From the NCBI RefSeq assembly GCF_009914755.1, contig NC_060928.1: a stretch of DNA of 64,000 bases; one strand, given 5' to 3'. Below are positions 1-12,220 of the stretch, piece after piece (the first letter of the stretch is position 1; every line of letters starts with the position of its first letter). The notes under the pieces are model-generated. The model worked only from the letters and a program-made list of their open reading frames with translations, ran no database searches and was not told the origin of the DNA. The position numbers were made by a program, and so were the translations under genes. This DNA comes from the human T2T-CHM13v2.0 reference genome, Homo sapiens.

Positions 1-2270
1 TTTAGTACAGTATGTAATATATAGTTTGTTTTATTTGATATTTTATGTACAGTATACAATATATAGTATTGGTACTTTGATATTTCATGTAAAGTATATA
101 GTTTGAGTACTTTGATATTTTATATGCAGTTTATTATAAATGTTTGGGTACCTTCATATTTTATGTACAGTATATAATACATACTTTGGGAACTTTTATT
201 TTATGTGCAGTATATAATACATACTTTGGGTACTTTGATATTTCATGTACAGTATATAATACACACTTTGGGTACTTTGATATTTTATGTACAGTATATA
301 ATACACACTTTCGGTAGTTTGATATTTTATGTACAGTATATAATACATACTTTGGGTACTTTGATGTATTATGTACAGTATATAATACATACTTTGGGTA
401 CTTTGATATTTTATGTACAGTATATAATACATACTTTGGGTACTTTGATATTTTATGTACAGTATGTAATACATAATTTGGGTACTTTAATATTTTATGT
501 ATAGTATATAATACTTACTTTGGGTACTTTGATATTTTATGGACAGTGTATAATACATACTTTGGGTTCTTTGATATTTTATGTACAGTATATAACATAT
601 AGTTTGGGTACTTTGATATTTTATATACAGTATATAATACATACTTTGGGTACTTTGATATTTTATGTACAGTATATAATACATACTTTGGGTACTTTGA
701 TATTTCATGCACAGTATACAATATATAGTTTGAGTACTTTGATATTTTATGTACTGTATACAATATATAGTTTTCGTACTTTGATATTTTATGTACAGTA
801 TATAGTTTGAGTACTTTGATATTTTATGTACAGTTTGTTATAAATGTTTGGGTGCTTTCATATTTTATGTACAGTATATAATACATACTTTGGGCACTTT
901 GGTATCTTATGTAGAGTATATAATACATACTTTGGGTTCTCTGATATTTTCTGTACAGTGTATAATACATAATTTGGGTACTTTGATATTTTATGTACAG
1001 CATATAATACATACGTTGGGTACTTTGATATATTATGTACAGTATATAATACATACTTTGGGTACTTTGATATTTTATGTACAGTATATAATCCATAGTT
1101 TGTGTACTTTTATATTTTATGTACAGTATATAATACATAATTTGGGTACTTTGATATTTTATGTACAGTATATAATACATACTTTGGGTACTTTCATGTT
1201 TTATGTACAGTATATAATACATAGTTTGGGTACTTTGATATTTTATCTACAGCTTATAATACTTACTTTGGGTAATTTGATATTTTATGTACAGTATATA
1301 ATACATACTTTGGGTAGTTTGATATTTTATGTACAGTATACAATATATAGTTTGAGAACTTTGATATTTTATGTGCAGTATAAAATATATAGTGTTGGTA
1401 CTTTGATGTTTTATGTACAGTATATATTTTGAGTACTTTGATATTTTGTGTACAGTTTATTATAAATGTTTGGGTACTTTCATATTTGATGTACAGTATA
1501 TAATACATAATTTGGGCACTTTGATATTTTATGTACAGTATATAATACATACTTTGGGTACTTTTATATTTTATGTACAGTATATAATACATACTCTGGG
1601 CACTTTGATATTTAATGTACAGTATATAATACACACTTTGCGTACTTTGATATTTTATGTAACGTATGTAATACATACTTTGGGTAGTTTGATATTTTAT
1701 GTACAGTATGTAGTACACACTTTGGGTACTTTGATATTTTATGTACAGTATGTAAAACATACTTTGGGTAGTTTGATATTTTATGATCAGTATATAATAC
1801 ACATTTTGGGTACCTTGATATTTTATGTACAGTATATAATACATACTTTGGGTACTTTGATATTTTATGTACAGTATATAATGCATACTTTAGGTACTTT
1901 GATAGTTTTTGTACAGTATATAATACATACTTTGGGTACTTTGATATTTTATGTACAGTATATAATACATAGTTTGGGTACGTTGATATTTTATGTACAG
2001 TATATAATACATACTTTGGGTACTTTGATATTTTATCTACAGTGTATAATATATACTTTGGGTACTTTGATATATTATGTACAGTATATAATACATACTT
2101 TGGGTACTTTGATATTTTATGTACAGTATATAATACATACTTTGGGTACTTTGATATTTTATGTACAGTATATAATACATACTTTCGGTACTTTGATATT
2201 TTATGTACAGTATATAATACATAGTTTGGGTACTTTGATATTTTATGTACAGTATATAATACATACTTTG
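1..2270 (+). repeat. Block paralogous to about 61185-63410 (offset 61184, then 61180, then 61138)
   Basis: Shared private variants: TATATATTTTGAGT (1421/62601), TACTCTGGGCA (1592/62772), GTAACGTATGTA (1659/62839). Matching ORF pairs 848/62028, 1263/62443, 1413/62593, 2042/63180. Confidence 0.85.
709..910 (+). repeat. Representative copy of a recurrent 5-monomer boundary cassette (42+42+35+41+42 = 202 bp), about 99 copies in the window
   Basis: Order: TATACAATATATAGTTTGAGT monomer (709); TATA(A/C)AATATATAGTTTT monomer (751); 35-bp GTACAGTATATAGTTTGAGTACTTTGATATTTTAT (793); 41-bp GTACAGTTT(A/G/T)TTATAAATGTTTGGGT(A/G)CTTTCATATTTTAT (828); GGGCACT monomer (869). Header monomers recur at about 144, 848, 1470, 2428, 2840, 3124, 3830 ... 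62028, 62650, 63776. Confidence 0.9.
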
Positions 2271-2560
2271 GGTACTTTGATATTTTATGTACAGTATACA
2301 ATATATACTTTGACTACTTTGATATTTTATGTCCAGTATAGAATATATAGTTTTGGTAGTTTGATATTTTATGTACAGTATATAGTTTGAGTACATTGAT
2401 ATTTTATGTACACTTTATTATAAATGTTTGGATACTTTCATATTTTATGTACAGTATATAATACATACTTTGGGCACTTTGATATTTTATGTACAGTATA
2501 CCATACATACTTTGGGTACTTTGATATTTTATGTACAGTATATAATACATAATTTGGGTA

Positions 2561-4058
2561 ATTTGATATTTTATGTACAGTATATAATACATACATTGGG
2601 TACTTTGATATTTTATGTACAGTATATAATATATAGTTAGGGTACTTTGATATTTTATATACAGTATATAATATATATTATGTGTACTTTGATATATTAT
2701 GTACAGTATATAATATATAGTTTGGGTAATTTGATATTTTATGTACAGTATACAATATATAGAATTGGTACTTTGATATTTCATGTAAAGTATATAGTTT
2801 GAGTACTTTGATATTTTATATACAGTTTATTATAAATGTTTGGGTACCTTCCTATTTTATGTAGAGTATATAATACATACTTTGGGAACTTTTATTTTAT
2901 GTGCAGTATATAATACATACTTTGGGTACTTTGATATTTTATGTACAGTATATAATACATACTATTGGTACTTTGATATTTTATGTACAGTATACAATAT
3001 ATAGTTTGAGTACTTTGATATTTTATGTCCAGTATAAAATATATAGATTTCATACTTTGATATTTTATGTACTGAATGTAGTTTGAGTACTTTGATATTT
3101 TATGTACACTTTATTATAAAAGTTTGGGTACTTTCATATTTTACGTACAGTATATAATACATACTTTGGGCACTTTGATGTTTTATGTACAGTATATAAT
3201 ACATACTTTGGGTTCTTTGATATTTTATGTACAGCATATAATACATAATTTGGGGACTTTTATATTTTATGTACATTATATTATACATACTTTGGGTACT
3301 TTTATATTTTATGTACGGTGTATAATACACACTTTGGGTACTTTGATATATTATGTACAGTATATAATACATACTTTGGGTACTTTGATATATTATGTAC
3401 AGTATATAATACATACTAAGGGTACTTTGACATTTTATGTACAGTACATAATACATACTTTGGGTACTTTGATATTTTATGTACAGTATATAATGCATAC
3501 TTTGGATACTTTGATATTTTATGTACAGTATATAATACATACTTTGGGTACTTTTATATTTTATGTACAGTATATAATATATAGTTTGGGTACTCTGATA
3601 TTTTATGTACGATATATAATACATACTTTGGGTACTTTGATATTTTATGTACAGTATATAATACATACTTTGGGTACTCTGATATTTTATGTACAGTATA
3701 CAATATATAGTTTGAATACTTTGATATTTTATGTACTGTATAAAATATATAGTTTTCGTACTTTGATATTTTATGTACAATATATAGTTTGAGTACTTTG
3801 ATATTTTATGTACAGTTTTTTATAAATGTTTGGGTGCTTTCATATTTTATATACAGTATATAATACATACAAAGGGCACTTTGATATTTTATGTACAGTA
3901 TATAATACATACTTTGGGTACTCTGATATTTTATGTACAGTGTATAATACATACTTTGGGTACTTTGATATTTTATGTACAATATATAATACATACGTTG
4001 GGAACTTTGATATATTATGTACAGTATATAATACATACTTTGGGTACTTTGATATTTT
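2561..4058 (+). repeat. Block paralogous to about 46533-48030 (offset 43972)
   Basis: Private variant CCTTCCTATTTTATGTAGAG near 2847 and 46819. ORF pairs 2901/46873, 3124/47096 and 3830/47802 all differ by 43972. Confidence 0.85.
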
Positions 4059-5879
4059 AACTACAGTATATAATACATACATTGGGTACTTTCATATTTT
4101 ATGTACAGTATATAATACATACTTTGGGTACTTTGATATTTTATGTACAGTATATAATACATACTTTGGGTACTTTGATATTTTATGTACAGTATAAAAT
4201 ATATACTTTGACTACTTTGATATTTTATGTCCAGTATAGAATATATATTTTTGGTACTTTGATATTTTATGTACAGTATATAGTTTGAGTACATTGATAT
4301 TTTATGTACACTTTATTATAAATGTTTGGATACTTTCATATTTTATGTACAGTATATAATACATACTTTGGTCTCTTTGATGTTTTATGTACAGTATATA
4401 ATACATACTTTGGGTTCTTTGATATTTTATGTACAGTATATAATACATACTTTGGGTACTTTGATATTTCATGCACAGTATACAATATATAGTTTGAGTA
4501 CTTTGATATTTTATGTACTGTATAAAATATATAGTTTTCGTACTTTGATATTTTATGTACAGTATATAGTTTGAGTACTTTGATATTTTATGTACACTTT
4601 ATTATAAATGTTTGGGTACTTTCATATTTTATGTACAGTATATAATACATACTTTGGTCTCTTTGATGTTTTATGTACAGTATATAATACATACTTTGGG
4701 TTCTTTGATATTTTATGTGCAGAATATAATGCATAGTTTTAGGTACTTTTATATTTTATGTACAGTATATAATACATACTTTGGGTACTTTGATATTTTA
4801 TGTACAGTATATAATACATACTTTAGGTACTTTGATATTTTATGTACAGTATATAATACATACTTTGGGTACTTTCATATTTCATGTACAGTTTATAATA
4901 TATAGTTTGGGTACTTTGGTATATTATGTACTGTATATAATACATTCTTTGGGTACTTTGATATTTTATGTACAGTATATAATACATACTTTGGGTACTT
5001 TGATATTTTATGTACAGTATAAAATATATACTTTGACTACTTTGATATTTTATGTCCAGTATAGAATATATATTTTTGGTACTTTGATATTTTATGTACA
5101 GTATATAGTTTGAGTACATTGATATTTTATGTACACTTTATTATAAATGTTTGGATACTTTCATATTTTATGTACAGTATATAATACATACTTTGGGCAC
5201 TTTGATATTTTATGTACAGTATACAATACATACTTTGGGTACTTTGATATTTTATGTACAGTATATAATACATAATTTGGGTACTTTGATATTTTATGTA
5301 CAGTATATAATGCATACTTTGGGTACTTTGATGTTTTATGTACAGTATATAATACATACTTAGGGTACTTTGACATTTTATGTGCAGTACATAATACATA
5401 CTTTGGATACTTTGTTATTTTAAATACAGTATGTAATACATATTTTGGGTACTTTGATATTTTATGTACAGTATATAATACATACTTTGGTACTTTTATA
5501 TTTCATGTACAGTATAAAATATATAGTTTGGGTACTTTGATATTTTATGTACACTATATAATACATAGTTTGGGTATTTTGATATTTTATGTACAGTATA
5601 TAATACATACTTTGTGTACTTTGATATTTTATGTACAGTATATAATATATAGTTTGGGTACTTTGATATTTTATGTGTAGTATATAACACATACTTTCGG
5701 TAGTTGGATATTTTATGTACAGTATATAATACATACTTTGGGTACTTCGATATTTGATGTACAGTATACTATACATAGTTTGGGTACTTTGATATTTTAT
5801 GTCGGGTATAAAATAAATAGTTTTGGTATTTAGATATTTTATGTACAGTATATAGTTTGAGTACTTTGATATTTTATGT

Positions 5880-7100
5880 ACACTTTATTATAAAAGTTTG
5901 GGTACTTTCATATTTTACGTACAGTATATAATACATACTTTGGGCACTTTGATGTTTTATGTACAGTATATAATACATACTTTGGGTTCTTTGATATTTT
6001 ATGTACAGCATATAATACATAATTTGGGGACTTTTATATTTTATGTACATTATATTATACATACTTTGGGTACTTTTATATTTTATGTACGGTATATAAT
6101 ACATACTTTGGGTACTTTGATATATTATGTACAGTATATAATACATACCTTGGGTACTTTGATATATTATGTACAGTATATAATACATACTAAGGGTACT
6201 TTGACATTTTATGTACAGTACATAATACATACTTTGGGAACTTTGATATTTTATGTACAGTATATAATGCATACTTTGGATACTTTGATATTTTATGTAC
6301 AGTATATAATACATATTTTGGGTACTTTGATATTTTATGTACAGTATGTAATACATAATTTGGGTAATTTAATATTTTATTTATAGTATATAATACATAC
6401 TTTGGGTACTTTGATATTTTATGGACAGTGTATAATACATACTTTTGGTATTCTGATATTTTATGTACAGTGTATAATATATAGTTTGGGTACTTTGGTA
6501 TTTTATATACAGTATATAATACATACTTTGGGTACTTTGATATTTTATGTACAGTATATAATACATACTTTGGGTACTTTGATATTTTATGTACAGTATA
6601 TAATACATACTTTGGGTACTTTGATATTTTATGCACAGTATACAATATATAGTTTGAGTACTTTGATATTTTATGTACTGTATAAAGTATATAGTTTTGG
6701 TACTTTGATATTTTATGTACAGTATATAGTTTGAGTACTTTGATATTTTATGTACAGTTTGTTAAAAATGTTTGGGTGCTTTCATATTTTATGTACAGTA
6801 TATAATACATACTTTGGGCACTTTGATATCTTATGTACAGTATATAATACATACTTTGGGTACTTTTATATTTTATGTACAGTATATAATATATAGTTTG
6901 AGTACTTTGATATTTTAGGTACTGTATAAAATATATAGTTTTCGTACTTTGATATTTTATGTACAGTATATAGTTTGAGTACTTTGATATTTTATGTACA
7001 GTTTTTTATAAATGTTTGGGTGCTTTCATGTTTTATGTACAGTATATAATACATACAAAGGGCAGTTTGATATTTTATGTACAGTATATAATACATACTT
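5880..7100 (+). repeat. Block paralogous to about 28820-30040 (offset 22940)
   Basis: Private header GTTAAAAATG at 6761/29701; TATAAAGTAT at 6681/29621; ACAAAGGGCAGTTTGA at about 7056/29996. Headers 5898/28838, 6772/29712, 7016/29956. Confidence 0.85.
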
Positions 7101-7461
7101 TGGGTACTCTGATATTTTATGTACTGTGTATAATGCATACTTTGGGTACTTTGATATTTTATGTACAATATATAATACATACGTTGGGAACTTTGATATA
7201 TTATGTACAGTATATAATACATACTTTGGGTACTTTGATATTTTATCTACAGTATACAACACATAGTTTGTGTACTTTGATATTTTATGTACAGTATATA
7301 ATACATACTTTGGGTACTTTGATATTTTATATACAGTATATAATACATACTTTGGGTACTTTCATATTTTATGTACAGTATATAATATATAGTTTGGGTA
7401 CTTTGATATTTTATCTACAGCTTATAATACATACATTGGGTACTTCGATATTTTATGTACA

Positions 7462-8467
7462 GTATATAATACATACTTTGGGTAGTTTGATATTTTATGT
7501 ACAGTATACAATATATAGCTTGAGTACTTTGATATTTTATGTGCAGTATAAAATATATAGTTTTGGTACTTTCATATTTTATGTACAGTATATAGTTTGA
7601 GTACTTTGATATTTTATGTACAGTTTTTTATAAATGATTGTGTGCTTTCATATTTTATGTACAGTATATAATACATACTAAGGGCACTTTGATATTTTAT
7701 GTACAGTATATAATACATACTTTGGGTACTTTTATATTTTATGTACAGTATATAATACATACTTTGGGTACTTTGATATTTTATGTACAGTGTATAATAC
7801 ACACTTTGCGTACTTTGATATTTTATGTAAAGTATGTAATACATACTTTGGGTAGTTTGATATTTTATGTACAGTATATAATACATACCTTGGGTACTTT
7901 GATATTTTATGTACAGTATATAATATATAGTTTGGGTATTTTGATATTTTATGTACGGTATATAATACATACTTTGGGTAGTTTGATATTTTATGTACAG
8001 TATACAATATATAGCTTGAGTACTTTGATATTTTATGTGCAGTATAAAATATATAGTTTTGGTACTTTCATATTTTATGTACAGTATATAGTTTGAGTAC
8101 TTTGATATTTTATGTACAGTTTTTTATAAATGATTGTGTGCTTTCATATTTTATGTACAGTATATAATACATACTAAGGGCACTTTGATATTTTATGTAC
8201 AGTATATAATACATACTTTGGGTACTTTTATATTTTATGTACAGTATATAATACATACTTTGGGTACTTTGATATTTTATGTACAGTATATAATACACAC
8301 TTTGCGTACTTTGATATTTTATGTAAAGTATGTAATACATACTTTGGGTAGTTTGATATTTTATGTACAGTATATAATACATACCTTGGGTACTTTGATA
8401 TTTTATGTACAGTATATAATATATAGTTTGGGTATTTTGATATTTTATGTACGGTATATAATACATA
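7462..8467 (+). repeat. Tandem duplication, 496-bp unit (12 monomers), 2 copies
   Basis: Private TAAATGATTGTGTGCTTTCA at 7631 and 8127; ATATATAGCTTGAG at 7511 and 8007. ORFs 7638/8134 and 7614/8110. One mismatch seen (7792 G vs 8288 A). Confidence 0.9.
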
Positions 8468-10019
8468 ATTTGGGTACTTTGATATTTTATGTACAGTATA
8501 TAATACATACTTTGGGAACTTTGATAGTTTATGTACAGGATATAATGCATACTTTGGGTACTTTGATATTTTATGTATAGTATAAAATATATAGTTTGGG
8601 TAGTTTGATATTTTAAGTATAGTATATGATACATACTTTGGGTACTTAGATATTTTATCTACAGTGTATAATAAACACTATTGGTACTTTGATATATTAT
8701 GTACAATATATAATACATACTTTGGGTACTTTGATATTTTATGTACAGTATATAATACATACTTTGGGTACTTTGATATTTTATGTACAGTATGTAATAC
8801 ATACATTGGGTACTTTCATATTTCATGTACACTATATAATATATTGTTTGGGTACTTTGGTATATTATGTACTGTATATAATACATACTTTGAGTACTTT
8901 GATATTTTATATACAGTATATAATATATACTTTGTGTACTTTGATATTTCATGTACAGTATACAATATATACTTTGTGTACTTTGATATTTTATGTCCAG
9001 TATAGAATATATAGTTTTGGTAGTTTGATATTTTATGTACAGTATATAGTTTGAGTACTTTCACATTTTATGTACAGTTTATTATAAATGTTTGGGTGTT
9101 TTCATATTTTATGTACTGTATATAATACATACATTGGGCACTTTGATATATTATGTACAGTATATAATACATACTTTGGGTAGTCTGATATTTTATGTAC
9201 AGTATATAATACACACTTTGGGTACTTTGATATTTTATGTACAGGATATAATGCATACTTTGGGTACTTTGATAGTTTATGTACAGTATATAATACATAC
9301 TTTGGGTACTTTGATATTTTATGTATAGTATAAAATATACAGTTTGGGTACTTTGATATTTTATGTACAGTATGTAAAACATACTTTGGGGAGTTTGATA
9401 TTTTATGTACAGTATGTAAAACATACTTTGGGGAGTTTGATATTTTATGAACAGTATATAATACACATTTTGTGTACTTTGATATTTTTTGTACAGTATG
9501 CAATATATAGTTTGAGTACTTTGATATTTTATATACTGTATAAAATATATAGTTTTGGTACTTTGAGATTTTAAGTACAGTATATACTTTGAGTAATTTG
9601 ATATTTTATGTACAGTTTATTATAAATGTTTGGGTAGTTTCATATTTGATGTACAGTATATAATACATAATTTGGGCACTTTGATATTTTATGTACAGTA
9701 TATAATACATACCTTGGGTACTTTTATATTTTATGTACAGTATATAATACATACTTAGGGTACTTTGATATTTAATGTACAGTATATAATGCACACTTTG
9801 CGTACTGTGATATTTTATGTAAAGTATGTAATACATACTTTGGGTAGTTTTATATTTTATGTACAGTATGTAATACACACTTTGGGTACTTTGATATTTT
9901 ATGTAGAGTATGTAAAAAATACTTTGGGTAGTTTGATATTTTATGATCAGTATATAATACACATTTTGGGTACTTTGATATTTTATGTACAGTGTATAAT
10001 GCATACTTTGGGTACTTTG

Positions 10020-12220
10020 ATATTTTATGTACAGGATATAATGCATACTTTGGGTACTTTGATAGTTTATGTATAGTATATAATACATACTATGGGTACT
10101 TTGATATTTTATGTATAGTATAAAATATATAGTTTGGGTAGCTTGATATTTTATGTACAGTATGTAAAACATACTTTGGGGAGTTTGATATTTTATGTAC
10201 AGTATGTAAAACATACTTTGGGGAGTTTGATATTTTATGAACAGTATATAATACACATTTTGTGTGCTTTGATATTTTATGTAAAGTATATAATACATAC
10301 TTTGGGTACTTTGATATTTTATGTACAGTATATATTACATACTTTGGGTACTTTGATATTTTATGTACAGTATACAATATATAGTTTGAGTACTTTGATA
10401 TTTTATGTACTGTATAAAATATATAGTTTTGGTACTTTGATATTTTATGTACAGTATATAGTTTGAGTACTTTGATATTTTATGTACAGTTTGTTATAAA
10501 TGTTTGGGTGCTTTCATATTTTATGTACTGTATATAATACATGCTTTGGGCACTTTGATATTTTATGTACAGTATATAATACATACTTTGGGTAATCTGA
10601 TATTTTATGTACAGTGTATAATACATACTTTGGGTACTTTGATATTTTATGTACAGTATATAATACATACATTGGGTACTTTGATATATTATGTACAGTA
10701 TATAATACTTACTTGGGGTACTTTGATATTTTATGTACTGTATATAATACATAGTTTGTGTACTTTGATATTTTATGTACAGTATATAATACATACTTTG
10801 GGAACTTTGATATTTTATGTACAGTATATAATACATACTTTGGGTATCTTGACATTTTATGTACAGTATATAATGCATACTTTGGGTACTTTGATATTTT
10901 ATGTACAGTATATAATGCGTACTTTGGGTACTTTGATATTTTATGTACAGTATGTAATACATACTTTGGGTACTTTGATATTTTATGTATAGTATATAAT
11001 ACATACTTTGTGTAGTTTGATATTTTATGTACAGTATACAATATATAGTTTGAGTACTTTGTTATTTTATGTCCAGTATAAAATATATAGTTTTCGTAAT
11101 TGATATTTTATGTACAGAATATAGTTTGAGTACTTTGATATTTTATGTACACTTTATTATAAATGTTTGGGTACTTTCAGATTTTATGTACAGTATATAA
11201 TACATACATTGGTCTCTTTGATGTTTTATGTACAGTATATAATACATACTTTGGGTTCTTTGATATTTTATGTACAGAATATAATGCATAGTATTTGGTA
11301 CTTTTATATTTTATGTACAGTATATAATACATACTTTGGGTACTTTGATATTTTATGTACAGTATATAATACATACTTTGGGAACTTTGATATTTTATGT
11401 ACAGTATGTAATACATACTTTGGGTACTTTGATATTTTATGTACAGTATATAATACATACTATTGGTACTTTGATATTTTATGTACAGTATACAATATAT
11501 AGTTTGAGTACTTTGATATTTTATGTCCAGTATAAAATATATAGATTTCATACTTTGATATTTTATGTACTGAATGTAGTTTGAGTACTTTGATATTTTA
11601 TGTACACTTTATTATAAAAGTTTGGGTACTTTCATATTTTACGTACAGTATATAATACATACTTTGGGCACTTTTATGTTTTATGTACAGTATATAATAC
11701 ATACTTTGGGTTCTTTGATATTTTATGTACAGCATATAATACATAATTTGGGGACTTTTATATTTTATGTACATTATATTATACATACTTTGGGTACTTT
11801 TATATTTTATGTACGGTATATAATACATACTTTGGGTACTTTGATATATTATGTACAGTATATAATACATACTTTGGGTACTTTGATATATTATGTACTG
11901 TATATAATACATACTAAGGGTACTTTGACATTTTATGTACAGTACATAATACATACTTTGGGTACTTTGATATTTTATGTACAGTATATAATGCATACTT
12001 TGGATACTTTGATATTTTATGTACAGTATATAATACATACTTTGGGTACTTTGATATTTTATGTACAGTATGTAATACATAATTTGGGTAATTTAATATT
12101 TTATTTATAGTATATAATACATACTTTGGGTACCTTGATATTTTATGGACAGTGTATAATACATACTTTGGGTACTCTGATATTTTATGTACAGTGTATA
12201 ATATATAGTTTGGGTACTTT
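10020..12220 (+). repeat. Block paralogous to about 27400-29440 (offset 17376, then 17216 after a 160-bp deletion in the second copy)
   Basis: ORF pairs 10134/27510, 10758/27974, 11167/28383, 11622/28838. Shared GGGTATCTTGACA and TACATTGGTCTCTTTG variants. Confidence 0.8.

Noticed and set aside
1370-1400. TATA-box-like TATAAAA / TATATAA motifs
   Set aside because: They are intrinsic to nearly every monomer of a 76% AT repeat, with no other promoter context.
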